DNA of 63,389 bases, the filler included, from Conidiobolus incongruus B7586 (Eukaryota): NCBI GenBank assembly GCA_000697335.1. It is 10 parts of 10 records of this genome, joined end to end, with 100 filler letters (N's around TTAATTAATTAA, not from the genome) between each part and the next. Parts side by side here need not be neighbours in the genome. Positions count along the whole stretch, not along the records: positions 1 to 7,896 come from JNEM01000242.1; positions 7,997 to 15,133 come from JNEM01000243.1; 8 more parts are not named here. One strand, 5' to 3'. The notes under the pieces are model-generated. The model did no database searches and was not told where the DNA came from. It worked only from the letters and a program-made list of their open reading frames with translations. Position numbers and translations under genes: made by a program. This document shows positions 1 through 14,500 of the stretch, in pieces; positions within the stretch are counted from its first letter, which is position 1, and every line of letters starts with the position of its first letter.

Positions 1-36
<36 letters not shown>
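1..36. repeat. (TA)n microsatellite
   Basis: Uninterrupted TA dinucleotide run at the window start. Confidence 0.95.
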
Positions 37-37
<1 letters not shown>

Positions 38-151
38 TAAATCATTATTTTTATTAATAAAACTTTAAGTTTTTTGGATTTCAAAATATCAATCAGTATT
101 TGTAAAAATCATTATTTTCTATGAGATCACATTACAATATTAATTAATATT

Positions 152-1432
152 TCAATTCTGTTCTTTCAGTTTCATTACAAGTTCCTTAGCTTTATCAATT
201 TGTTTCAAAGCTTCATCCAAATCATCGTACTGAAGTGACGAGATGGCGAAACGACAACACTTCTCAGCCTGTGTGAGTAATTTGGGGTCCAGCATTTTAA
301 TAGGTTTTGAGGATGGTAGCGCATCGTACATATTGGCCATACTGTAGGGAGTGGAGGGTGGTGCGGTTGGAGTTTTCACTTTGAATGGAGATTGGGGTGC
401 TGATGAAACTTGCGGTTGATGGGTAGGGATGGATGGTAAGTCAAATGTATTGTTGCTGGGTGGGATTATGGGATGAGAAGAAGGTGTTGATAAACTACTG
501 TAGTCGTGGGTACTTTGACTGGGTGGTGATGATTGGAAATTGGGGGGAATTGGAGGGAATGATGAAAAGTCATTCAGATTGTAATTTACAGTTGGTGGTG
601 ATGGCATTCTGTCAATAGGGTGACTGTCTTGAGTTGGTGGTTGGATATCATTTTGTTGATTATTTTGATTATCTAATTAATATTAGCAATCATGAAAAAA
701 CATTATCATATTAAAAGATTTACCTTGATTAGGATTAATCGTCTGATTGCTATTCAAATTATCGCTTGCTTCCGACTGGCCTTCAATTGGCGATTTCTGA
801 CCTGACTGTTGAGTCTTACCCTCTTTAATCAGTTTAGCAATTTCCGCAGCCTTGAATTTAGCATACTTCAACTTCTCAAGGACTTCAGACTCGATCTCTT
901 TGTCAAAATATTTCAACACTTCCAAAAAGTTTGCAGCTGCCATAAATGCCCTAACTGTTTTACTAATACATGATTAATTTAAAGTAATTTGAGTATTAAT
1001 TAGTATTACATTGTGTGGTTTCCGTTCCTCTCCTGATTATCTGCAGCTTGAAACACTTTTAGAGCAAAATTTTCGACGTATGCAAATCCAGTCAATTCAC
1101 TGGTCACTGCCTCGTTATTAGCGAAATTTTTCTTTGTCTGAATAATTTTAAGTCAACAAAATACATATATTAAAAATAAATTAATTTACTTCTTCGAGTA
1201 TATCGAACAAACTGGAAATATAATCCCTACTTTCTTGGGTTTGGAAACCGTTGGAAATTGCGAGTTTGACACTATAACATAAACCTAACGTGATTTAATA
1301 ATGCGAGTATGATGTAGATGAATATTATTTACAATAATAACTGACAATAGGTTCCTGAGTTTTTAATTCTTTAGATCTTTGAATAAATTGGTTAATAAAT
1401 TTTAATTCTTCAGGTGGTGGATTTTCTAACAT
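152..1432 (-). CDS. VTA1: Vacuolar protein sorting-associated protein Vta1 (ESCRT, Vps4 cofactor), 5 exons
   Basis: Hand-spliced exons 1333-1432, 1190-1284, 1010-1137, 724-962 and 152-672, joined by 47-52 nt GT-AG introns, give one open frame. It reads MLENPPPEELKFINQFIQRSKEL..EPIVSYYC..YVENFALKVFQAAD..RAFMAAANFLEVL..KLKYAKFKAAEIAK (MIT region), then a Pro/Ser linker, then AEKCCRFAISSLQYDD (VSL domain). Confidence 0.93.
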
Positions 1433-4400
1433 TTTTAGTAAATATTTAATTTAATTGCAAATGACTTTATTATTGTGACATTTATCGATATATATTTATT
1501 GGATTTGTAAGTTAATTATTTGATTATGGGATAAATTGGAGAATTAGTGGAATTTAATTATATACTTCAAGTAATACTCAGAATTTATATAATCATTTAT
1601 TAATTTTTATTATAAAATAAAGAAAGTGCTATTATAGAATATATATTTTTTTAATAAATTCAATTTTTTAATCTAATTTAATTTTCAATAATACTTACAA
1701 ATTTTGTCATTTTTAAATTTTACAAGGTTAACTTTTGATTTTGAATTCGGAATATAAAAAATTTTCATACATTTTGATATTTAATTATAAGTATTAAAAA
1801 AATAATTTATTAGGTCTGTGAATTTATTGTGACAATATAAAATAATACACATAGGAAACCAAGGAAATGAGATTAATAATGCTATTTTTAAAGATATATG
1901 TTATGTTCAGAATCATCTCTGAAAATGATAATTTTGCAAAATAAATTGTCAGTCGAATTAGGATAAAATCCAAAAATGTTATTATTCCCCTAGAAATTAA
2001 CTAATGATAGATTTTTACAATCATATTTAAATATAGATTCTAGCATGAAAAATATAAATATAAATATTTAACAATCAATTAATCCACTCTTTTATTATCA
2101 ATAACTAATTGCCATTTTTAGCGAACTTCTAACACCTAAAAAATAGTTCTTTTGAATAAAGGCTGAAATTAAATATTTAATAAACCAGTTAAATTTGTTT
2201 TGAATAATTACTTTTTTTAAGGATATTATTTAATTACTTAAAGTAACTATAGTATATAGGTTATAGTTTAGTAAACACACTAGATATGCTAGCTTTTTTA
2301 ATACATTTTCACTTATCAAATCTTTTATAGCTGTAGAATTAATTATTTTAGATTTAATTTGTAAAATAATAAATATATTTAAATTTGAATAATAATATTA
2401 TTTATACAGAGTTTTATCTAGGAAAGGAATATAAAGCTGATTATTGATTGATTTTTTTGAGGAGATATATAGGAAATCTATATACTTTTATAGTTTATTT
2501 TAGTAATTGATGTTTAATTAAAATTATAATATTTATATATTTGAATATATAAAAGGAGTTTTTTGTATTATTTAAATATTTTTCTAGGTTTTTTAAAAAA
2601 ATGATATTAAAAATCTATTATATATATATATATATATTATATTAATTTGATTAAAAACTTTAATTTTTTAGATATATCAAAATAAATTGAATATAATTTT
2701 ATCTATTTTAACTTTTTGCTAATGATTTATTCAATTAGATATTAAATTAATATTTAATTAATTAAACAAAGATTAGAATTTAATTATAATAAAATACTTA
2801 TAAAGTTAATATTTTAATTTTATTAACTTTTTATTTAAAAAAATTGTTTTTTATATATTCTTTTAGTTTATTAATCACTAATAAATAGAAATAAAATTTA
2901 TTTATTGAATTTTAACTATTTTTGGAAATTTCCTTTTTTATTTGAATAGAATTTAAATTAACAATATATAGTAAGTTTAAATAAAACATTATTTCTATAT
3001 GATATTGTTTAATTTTCAATTAATTTAAAAGCTTTTTGGTTGAGTTTTAATACTATTAAAATAAAAATCATTATTAAATATCATTTATATTATAATTAAT
3101 TTTTGAAATTATATTTTATATTATATAAATTTAATTTATTTTAAAAATAATAAAAATATTTTAATAGAAATTAAATAGCCAATATAGTTAATTCACTCTA
3201 TATTTTTTAATTTTATTATTTTTTTATTTATAATCAATATTTCTAAAATTCAAAATATAATAATTGATATTATATATTGATTGATATTATTTATTAAATA
3301 ATCTAATAATTTGCTATTAATTAATCTAATTATAAAGCTTATATAAACTCTGTTGGCAGATAAATCAAATTGCCATAAAGAAATTATATTTAAATTTATT
3401 TATACTAAATTATAAAAATCATTACTTATAAAATAATTTAAAAATAACAGCATTTAATTTCAAATATTTAAATAGATATTTTTATTAAAAACTCTATTAT
3501 AAATATATTATCAATATTTATTTAAAGTAATAAGCTTTTCTATTTATTTTATTTATAATTTTTGTTATAAAAATAATAATATGCTTGAAAAATCATAAAA
3601 TATATGTAATAATTTTTCTTGATATGATACTATATGAATTTTAATAATATTTATTTAACTTACTTAAAATATATATATAATCATTACCTTATATATAGTA
3701 TCAATATCGGCATTAATTTAATGATTTATTTAATAGAGCTTTCTTAAATGAATTACATATAGTTCTAATGAATACACTTTATAATGGCAAAATAAAAGCA
3801 TTCATTTTATATTAAAGCTGATTGTCATACTCAAATTTCATAATCACATTTTAATTAATAATAATTTACCTTGCATAATAAGAGACTTATTTTCGATAAA
3901 GATATTAAGCGATTTCACATTGTAATGTTGGAGATATGGGTTATCCTAATATACAAAGCCATTAGTAACTTAGGGCAAATTGCCTTGAAGATGAGTTATC
4001 TGAGCTTTGCCAAATTATGGAATAAGCTTACTCAAATTTACTAAGTTAAATGATGACATTGCAATTACATAAGCTCATAACATTGGGATCGCAAGTGAGT
4101 TTAAAAATTACTTTTTAGATAAAATCAGAGTTAATTATTAAAAATCTTATGAGATTAAAATTATATCGAATGTACACTAGATTTGAATATTAATTTATAA
4201 TATGGTTGTTATCCTTATACTATTCTTTAATATTGTATTGAAATCTTAAGTGACAGATTTACTTCAATCATTCGATTATATTTTGTTATTAAGAGTCATT
4301 GATCCATTAAAATACTCCATTATTTACTATTATAATAAATTTTAAAAATTAATTTTTCAATTATTATAATCAATATATTGTTTTATTATTTTTATTTATT

Positions 4401-5529
4401 TGATTGATTCTTAATTCTACTATAGTTATATATTAACTATGTTATAATTGTAACCACTATACAGAAAAATGTATTTTAATTTAAAATTTGAGCCTTATAT
4501 TATAGTTAATCACTTATCATAACTAATAGGTAGAAAGATATAAAATCATTTTTTATTAATAACATAATTTCCAACTTTAAAGTTTTTATAATAATGATAA
4601 TCTTATTATTTTATTAGATTATATTTAAATTATTATATGAATCTCAAATTTGACAAATAATTAAGATAAATATTCAACTTTTGTTGGGTATTTTTGAATG
4701 AGTTTATTATTTAATTAAATATAAATTAATAGAAATATCCAAAACAAACTATATTTACTAAAAGAAATAAATTTAAATATATTTCATTTACATTAGAAAT
4801 TTAGTTTTTCTATAATATATTAATATTATTTCTATTCTTGACTAGTTAATTATTTTATTAATTTATTAAATAATATATTAATAAAAACTAAATCTGATTT
4901 ATTAACAATAATGGATAATATTTATATACTCTTTTTAAATTACCTTTATTATGACATTATTATGATATTTAGTTAAAATCCTGATTAAATATATAAAACA
5001 GTTAATTCAAGGTTATTTGAAATTAATATAAAAATAGGTTAAAATGAATAATATTGTATTATTTATATTATTTAGAATTTATTAGAATATATTTTTATTT
5101 AATACCTATATGTTGGTAATTTGTTTATTGGAAAATTATTTGTTAAATTCATTTGAGAATAAATCTAATTGAAAAAAATATTAAACCCTTATAAATTTTA
5201 TAAAATATTTAATCTTTTATTTTACATAATGAATTAATATCATATAACTAAATAATTGAAGTTGAATTAATATTGAAAGAACTTTCAGTTTTTATATTAT
5301 ATAAATAGAATATTTTAAAAAAATAGAGTGTTTTTAATTATATAAATTTCAAATATTGATATATTTTTGTTTAAAAATAGTTAAAAATATCATAAATATC
5401 TACAAATATTAAAATTATTCCATGATTTATAATATGATAAATTAGTTCAAATAATTTGTATATGCCATTTAATAAATTTGAAGCTCATTTTATAAAACAT
5501 TTCTTTTGAAATGAATTTATAAAAGATTT

Positions 5530-5970
5530 AAACTATTGGGATCATTTGGTACTTAATATAATAGAAATAACATGATCGTTAATACTAAAAGAATAAGTAT
5601 CGGTTTTAATTGTTAAATTCTTCCAAGCTTAACGCTTGGGAACCGATGTAGTAGTGGTGAATTTAGTATCACCAGGTTTTATAGGACATATATTCTCACC
5701 GCAGAGATCACCTCTGAGAACGTAGGAATTGGATTGACCAGTCACATTAATATAGCTAACGGCATTATCAATTTCTTTGGCAAGGATTTCAGTTCTTTCG
5801 ACCACGATGTAGTTGTTATTACGAGCATCAACCACACGCCAGTTTATTTGAGATAGGTTGAAGATGTCTCCAGGTTCGGGACAATTGACAATTTTGGCAT
5901 CATTGATTGATTCGCAGGAAGCTTGGGCTGATAAGCTAGCAATTAGAGAGATGAGGCATACCTATTTCAA
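5530..5970 (-). pseudogene. MD-2-related lipid-recognition (ML/NPC2-like) secreted protein, probably pseudogenised
   Basis: The frame reads (TTG)K*VCLISLIASLSAQASCESINDAKIVNCPEPGDIF..LRGDLCGENICPIKPGD..SVPKR*AWKNLTIKTDTY. It has a signal-peptide-like start, the ML motif DLC-x4-CPIKPG, and a TATA box about 75 nt upstream. There is no ATG and there are two in-frame stops. A spliced intact model is possible but weaker. Confidence 0.6.
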
Positions 5971-8273
5971 TTTTTCTTGATTTAGATATGTTTCCGGGTA
6001 ATTAATTTCTTTGTATCAAATCTGATGAGCATTTAGGGTTATTTATAATAAGAATTACACGCAATATTATTTCAATCATCACATGGATTTTCATAATCAA
6101 TTTTCAATCTTGATTAAGAACCATTAACTTAAAGATGGATTAAACCAGTACTCCCGCATGCATTCAATAATTTATACATTATTTATCAATTATTATGGAT
6201 ATTAATATTATTTCAAAACACTATGAATAGAAACCATATAAATCCAAATCTTTTATAATTTCATATTTCATAAATTGAAAATATTCGGTTTATCTAATAC
6301 ATTTTATCTAGCCATCTTTTATTATTGAAGTCAGATAGAACTATACTAATTTAGGAACCTAATTATAATTTGATTGTCTTATAATTTTGTCATATTAATC
6401 CATAATCCATCAACTATATTATTATATAAAAAATTCTCAATTTAAATATTATTTAATTATAATCTTAAATGAATTGTGAATGTTATGATCAATAAGTGGT
6501 AATCTTATAATTAAATATTCAATGCAAGACAATACTAAAGAATAAAGAAGATCTGAGAATCCAAAGGTCTATATTCAATATCTTGAATTTGTTAAAGTTA
6601 TAATTGCTATTTTGTGGTACATATAGTATTATTAAAAATATATATTTAAGTTATTATATCTTTAATTTGTAAACTTAAATTTTTCTTTTAAAAGATATTT
6701 GATAAATATTTCTGATAGAATCATTATTAATTTCCATAATTAACATTAATATTGATAATTATCGTTTTAATACAAAATTTAATTCAAATATTTAAAAATT
6801 AATATTATATCATTAAAAAAGAACTCATCGGGAATTGGAATGAATACAAGCTATATTACCTGTAAAATAATTTAAAAAATCCATTATATATAAATTATTT
6901 TACTTATATTAATGAACCTAAATGAGAATTGTTTATTTTTATTTAGTATGGAAATAAAATTTACATAATTTATCCATAAAATATAATATTTAACACAGTT
7001 ATTTGTTGGTAATGATTTATTTCTGATGAGTCTAATAGAGTATTTATTTTAGGTATTTTGCACTATCTTAAACCTTATTATATTAAATTATTTATATTTT
7101 GAAATCCAACAGTTTTAAGGCTATCTCTAATATAATTATATATATTAAATAAATTAAAAATATTAATAAAGTTAACTAATATAGTTTTGAAATATTTATT
7201 TGATTAATATATCTTTTTAAACATGATAGATATAAAATTTTATATAAATATTCATTTGTATTTATAAAAACTATCTCTTAATAATAAAAATTGGAATGTT
7301 AATTATTAGTATATAAACTAAATATAATATTATTTTTATCAGTTATTAATTATCAAATAAAAAATATTCAATTATCTATATAAAATAACTTATTATATAA
7401 TTTAAATATAAAACTAAAATTATTTGAAAATAAAACAAAGTTAATATATATAATTCCCAGTAATTATTTATATTATTTTTTAAATTAAATTTCAATATAA
7501 TCAAAAAATTTAATATATAAATATATCATCAAATAATATAGTACTTTTATTATATATCTAATATTTTTTGTCACTTTTGGTAACTTTTATAAACTTAAAA
7601 AGAAATTTAATTTATTAAAAATTTAGTTAAATACTTGATATATTGATTTTAATTAAATATAAATTTAGATTATTTAGTAAGTTTAATATATAATTGACTA
7701 AAATAAAACATATTAAGGGATATTTTAATATGCATAAAATAATCAAAAAGGTAACTATATTTTTATATAACTCTTTAAATAATAAAATTAAAGATAAAAT
7801 GACATATATTTAAATTATATATTTTGGATATAAATTAAAGAAAATATTAATTTATAGTACTTAATACTTTTATTTGTTTAAAGATTCAATCATGTTNNNN
7901 NNNNNNNNNNNNNNNNNNNNNNNNNNNNNNNNNNNNNNNNTTAATTAATTAANNNNNNNNNNNNNNNNNNNNNNNNNNNNNNNNNNNNNNNNNNNNGATT
8001 ATAATTTATAGGTATATTTTTTAATTATAAGGGAATAGATGAAATTATTTTAAAATAAATATTGTTAGGGTAAATATAATATCAATGAAAAATAATCATT
8101 AATTTCTAAACTATAAATTATTATAAAAAATTCAAAATTAATATATTGAATTTTAACTATATAAATAATATATATTAATATTTAAAATATAAAAAAAATT
8201 AATTTAATTTAATTTAATTTATAGTAATTTATTATAATTAATAATAACCATTTTTATTTAATATTTTAATTTA

Positions 8274-8732
8274 TGTTAATAATGAGTTATTTCTTAATAT
8301 TAAAGATTTAAGTAAAAGTTGAATGTTAAACCTACTAGATATATTAAAAAATAGGGACAAGTACTAATAAAGTAGATTGCTTTTAAATCACAAATATCCA
8401 TAATATCTCTAACTAAGAATTATAAAGATTTGATGTTATCTTGGTTCTTAATATAATCACTAGTTAATAGGTAATAACTTAAAGATTTAGGTAATCTAAT
8501 AGATTTATGATAGAAAAAGATATCTTTATTATGATAGTTATAACTAAGGTTATATATCTATAGTAATTTATAGATTATAACTCACCTACTAAATGGTTAA
8601 AGTTTATCAATATTAAGATAACAACTATAGATGATAAGTGAGGCTTTGTTATATATAAGTAAATTAAAAAGGATATTAATATCCAATAACATTATAGAGG
8701 TAGCTTAACTATCAAAATACTTGCTAGTAATA
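8274..8732 (-). repeat. 3' LTR of the gypsy element
   Basis: Starts TGTTAATAATGAGTT and aligns without gaps to 14501-14959. Confidence 0.9.
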
Positions 8733-11700
8733 ATATCTTAGGGTATTTTTAATATTAACCTAAAACCTACAATTGGTTTAAATAATAAATAAAATAAGAC
8801 ATTTCTATAGTGAACTTAAAATAAAAATCAAGATATTTGGATATATTAACTATTAGTAAAAGGTAAAAGTAAATAATAGTTATATGGTGTTAATAAATAG
8901 CTTATAGATTTTTTTAGGAAACTTTAATTATAAAGCTTAAAATAATAATAGATAATAGATTAAGGTTATCCAAGGTCTATATAAATTATTTGCCTTAATA
9001 TTAGGTGTTTAATTAGTATAGATCTAATCTTAATTGACTTATTTACTATACTCACTAGGGAGTGTTACTTTATAAGCTCTTTTTTTATTATAGTTTATTA
9101 TTCTATAACCCAAAAGTTTTCTAGGTAATAATTTAAATTAATTCTTTTAGACTTTATGAGGGTTAGCTAATATTATTACTTAACCTCTTTTAAACTTTTC
9201 TTCTAAGAGTTTAAGATATTATTTCAGCTTTTGTTTTTCAAAAAGAGAGGTGTGAATATAGTAAAGATTCTCTAACTTTTCAACCCTAGTGTAATGTTTT
9301 TTAATTATTATAAGTTTTAATTGTAATGATAAAAGTTTCTTAAGTATAGTACTAAATATTAAATAAAATGGTGTATATCTTATAATAGAATAAACCTTAG
9401 TATAATAATTTTAAATTACCTAAGGGATTTCTCTATCCCAGGAAAACTTGGTTTTTTCACTCTATTTAAAAAAAGATTTAATTAGTGTTTGATTAAACTT
9501 TTCTATTTTACTATTGGTTTAAGGATAGTAAGTTGTTGTTTTAATATAATATACTACTAAAATATTTTGTAATTGCTTGAAATCTTTTATAAAATAATAA
9601 CTATTATTAGTTACTACTTCTTTTAAAGGACTATAAATATTAATCACCTTATAGTAAAAGAGTTTTATAGTAATTAACATTGTATTCTTTAGTTAAGATT
9701 GTAATTACCTATCAGGTTATACTTTCAACCACTATTAGAATATATTTATATCCTTTTCTAATTAGTTTAAAGGGGTTAATATAGTTTAAATATTAGTAAT
9801 TAAAGATTTAATTAAGAGGTTTTATAATTTGTTTAGGTTTTTTAAAAGCACAATGTTTAAATTATTAGTAAACTTTATATGTTTAAATAAAATTCTTTAG
9901 TTTAGTAGCTTGTTTAAGCTACTAGTAATAAGGTTAAAGTTTCTTGTAAGTAGCTTTATAACTATAATGTTTACCTTCTAAATAAGTGATTTTTATCTTC
10001 TTTTTCCTTTTAAAAATCTTAGGGAAAATTTTATATAGTTGACTATTAGGTTAATATTGATTGAAAACCAATTGTTTATTTTAGATAGAATAGTTTATAG
10101 CTGCTTTATATTCAGCTTAGGTTCTATTATATTTAAGGTGTTTTATAAAGAATTATAAATAATTAAACACTTTCTCTAAATAAAATGTATATCTTCTTGT
10201 TTAAGATTAAATATCTCTTATAAATTAAGCTAAATATAGGTTTATCTTAATTTTATTGAAAAAGTTAACATTAGAGTGTTTCTTCCCTTCTTTATATGTT
10301 ATAGTATAATTATAGGCTAAGAGCTTTATTATCTACTAGGCTTGTAGGGGGAAAGGTTAAAGTTTACTAGGAAGGATTTAGCTGGTTGGTAATTTGTGAT
10401 GATATAAGATACTTAGCTTATTAGATAGTAATAGAAATATTAAACAGTAAAAACAATAGTTAAGCTTTTTTTTATAATATTACTATATTTTTTTTAAGCT
10501 AGTAAAAATTATTTTAACTAATATCTCATAGGATATTCTTTGTGATTATTATTATATTAATTTAAAACAGCTTTTGCTATATAGTTTAAAATATCTGTAA
10601 CTATAATAAATAGATGATTAAATCTTAAAATATATAATATTAAATAAGAGATAAGTTTTTCTTTTAATCTATTATAAGCTTTATTATATTCTAATATTTA
10701 AACATAGAGGATGTTTTTCTTAGTTAATTTAATTAGAGGATAAGTTATATAAGAATAACCCCTCACAAAACTTCTATAGTAACTAGTAGCTCTTAAAAAA
10801 AAATAAAGCCTTGCTATATTAGTTAAGAGATTTAAAGCTTTAATCTTTTTAGAGTTAAATTCATTAGGTGTAATTATACTTTTAGATATATAATAACTTA
10901 AGTATTTAATTTAACAGAAACCAAAAGTATATTTTTTTATATTAATATATAATTTATATTGTTATAACACTATAAACAATTTTCTTAAATGTGTCAAATA
11001 TTGTTTAATTATTTTTAAAAAGATAAAAATATCATTTAAATAGATCAACATAAAATACCCAATATACTTATAAAAGATATTATTTATAAATTGTAAGAAG
11101 AATGTTAAGGTGTTAACCAAGTTAAATAAGAGTTGGTTATATTAATATCAACTTTGTATAGCATTAAAAGTAGTTTTATATCTATCCTCTTTCTTTACCT
11201 TAATTTATTAGTAACCTAAGAGAAAATTAAAAGATAAGAAGATAACTCTTTGTTATAATAAATCCAACTTGTTTTAAACTAATAGTAGAGGATAAAGGTT
11301 TTTAATAGTAATCTTATTAATTAAAGTAAAATTCACATATATTCTAACTTTTCTTTTTTTATTAGGTATAGTTACTATTTTGAAACTTTATTAAAAATTA
11401 GTATCTTTAATAATTTTCCCTTTAAAAAGTTTTTCTATCTTTTCTTCTACTTTACCTTGTTAAAAAACTAAGTTTCTAGAAGTTCTATAGTTCTTTAAAG
11501 TATATACATTAATAATTAGTAGAATAGGGAATTTAATAATATCTGTACCAGGGAGTTTATAGAGTGAGAATGCTATTAAATCAATGTAATAATATAGAAA
11601 TATTGCAATTTTTTCTTTATTAAAACTTGAGAAGATATTATATTCTAATTTTTCAAGCTCTCTTTCTTCTTCAAAAAAATAACCTTCTTTTATAGGTATT

Positions 11701-14500
11701 ATTAAGTAAAAGGTTAACAAGGGATCAATTTTAATTTTATCATCTTGGTATCTTTTCTAATTAGTAATAGCCTGAAAAAATTAAGGTTTATTGTCTTAAA
11801 AAACAACAAAAGTACCAGTAGCCTAATCAGTTAAAATTTTCTCCTTTTATAAAAATAGATAACTTAGTAAAATATAAATAATTGGGTGAATTAATAACCT
11901 AGAAATTTACCTCAAAAAGAATACCTTCAAAGTTAAATATAAGAGTATTAATTCCACCCTTGGTTTTTATTTCTTAGAGAGTTACTGTTTAGTAACTTAT
12001 TATGAGATTTTTATAATAAGGTATTTCTAATACTTCTGTTATATTCTTAGAGATTATATTTATACTAGCTCTATAATTAATAAAGTTTTCTAAATCGACC
12101 TTTTTTAACTTAATATAAACTTTAAGATAGAATTTAAAATCTACCTCTAGTAGGTGTTGATTTAACTAGAAGATTGTTATTATAATTTTAGCTTAAGAAA
12201 ACAAAATACAATATACTTTAATTATAACAAGTTTAGTGCTTATTAAGATAGTTTTAAATTTATTATGGTGTTTACAAGTAGGAGAATAAGGTGTTCACTA
12301 CTTTCTGTGAAGGTTTCAATTAATACTTTAATTCCATTGTAACTTTTTTTTTCTTCTATGTTAAAGTTAACACTAAGATAATCATCAACAGAAATTTTAT
12401 TTTGATTTTAGTTTTTATTTTTTAAAATTTATTGGGGAGAAGCAATATGTTAATATTAGTAGAATATTCCTACTTATTTTCTTCAAATGTTACTAGATTA
12501 TTAATAGGTAAAGAGGTATAGTACTAATAAATTACTTCCATATTAGTTGTTTACTCTATATATTTAATAGGATAACTAGCTTTTTTTTATTTTTAATTAA
12601 AACCTAGCTAATAATTTAATGTTTCATAGATGTTAATTAGAAATTTTCTCTCTATAACCTCCTAAATAATTTCCTTGAGGGTTTACCTTCTAAAGATAAG
12701 TTATTTATATTTGCCCTTCCTTTTATTATATATAATATTGATTAGATAGGGTCTCTTTTTAGTTTTATTTAACTGTATTGAATTTTTATTATATGGCTGT
12801 TGTCTCTTAATTCCCTCTATTAACTTTAATAAGTTAAATACTATTGTTTAAGTTAGTCAAGTATTTTGCTAAACTGTTAGTAATGAATCCTGTTGCTTTA
12901 TTTTTATGGATAAATTAAGGGTTTTTAAAACTCCTTGTCAGATTTTTTCTCTAAGTCTGGTATTTTTCTAATTTAAAGATAATAGATGATATTCTTCTTG
13001 CTTTAAAGATACCTCAAGCATTTTAGCAGATTGCCTGTAATCTGATGAAATTTGAGAGTTGGGAGGATCTAAGTTTATATCCATAGAAACTAATTCAATA
13101 GAGGTTATAGTTTGTTGGATAATTGATATTTTTATTTTAGTAATTTTTTTTGGTTATATCTGTCCTACTATTCTAAACTTAATAGTTTTAAAGGCTTTAT
13201 AACCAATATTTTTTTTTCAGGGGTTGTTTTTTCTAGATAGCTAATAATTGTTTAATATTTATAAAATCTACTGCTGGGTATTTTAACTCTTTTCTTTCTG
13301 TCTTCTCCAAAATTTAAACAAATTTCATGTATACCTTAAGGTTTATAATATTATCTAGAGTCTTTAATAAAAGAATGTTATTTAATAGATATTTATCTTC
13401 TAAACTAATTTTAGTAACTAGTTTTTCTGCTTTAATTCCTTAATTAAAAAGTAAAAGGAGAATTAAAGTTAATAGAGAGGTTTGGCTGGTTGTAAGATAT
13501 TGTTGATTTCTATCACCTTTATTCTTTTTATAGGATTCTTCTACTGATTTTATTAGAGGGGTTTGTTAGACTTGATAGTTAACTTCTTTAATTATTACTT
13601 CATAACTTATTTTAGCTTTTTTTGCTACTACTAGTGTTTTATAATTAGAGAAGGTATTTAAGGGTATTTTTTAGATAATTAGCATACTTACCACTTAGTA
13701 TTTAATCTTATCTAAGAATTTGTTTTTTTAAGGAATATTGGATAAGTATCTAATTTATTATGTTATCTTTAATAAATAGTTATAAATTCCTCTATACTTT
13801 TGTTATTCTATTAAACTGCGTTAATATAATAATTTGGTAATACTTTTTGGTAGTTAGTGTTAAAGCATTAGTTTATAATTTAAGTGAAAAACTATTCTTA
13901 AGTTGCTTGTAGATTTCAACAAATCTATTTTTCAAAAGAGTTTTGCTAGTAGGTTAGAGTTTAAATATAACTTTTAATATAACATTGTATATTAAGATTG
14001 TTGTATTACAAACTATTTAACTAGTATTAGCTAACTAGTCTTTTTGTTCCTTAACATCTGCTAGAAACTTCTTTAGTTTGATAGTTTAAGGGTTAACATT
14101 GCATATAACCCAATGATTTTTATTTACTAGGTGTTATAGGTTTATATAAACTTGTTGAGAGTGTCTTGTAAAGGTTAGATTTTAAGGGAATAAAAAAAGG
14201 GCTTCAATATCTACTTTATGGTTTAGTTGCTCTCTTTAGTTACTAGGAGTTCTGTTACTTTTATTCTTTATAAAAACTTTAACTAAATTTTAACTATAGG
14301 TTAAGAATACAAAAGATGAAAATTGTTCCTGGAAGAGTCTAGTAAAATTTTCACAGAATTAATTTGCTATAATCTCTTTAATTTATTTTTCACTAATTAA
14401 AGAGGATAGGGATTCTAATATTAATACTAGTTTAGCTATTGTAAAGTGATTTAGATTTAAGTTTTAGGGTAATTTTACCATATCTTATAGGTGTTATTAT

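Noticed and set aside
433..618. Plus-strand 61-aa ORF
   Set aside because: Antisense shadow of the last VTA1 exon.
7023..7045. CTGATGAGTC hammerhead-like core (CTGATGA also at 20727)
   Set aside because: No GAAA after stem II and no stems I or III.
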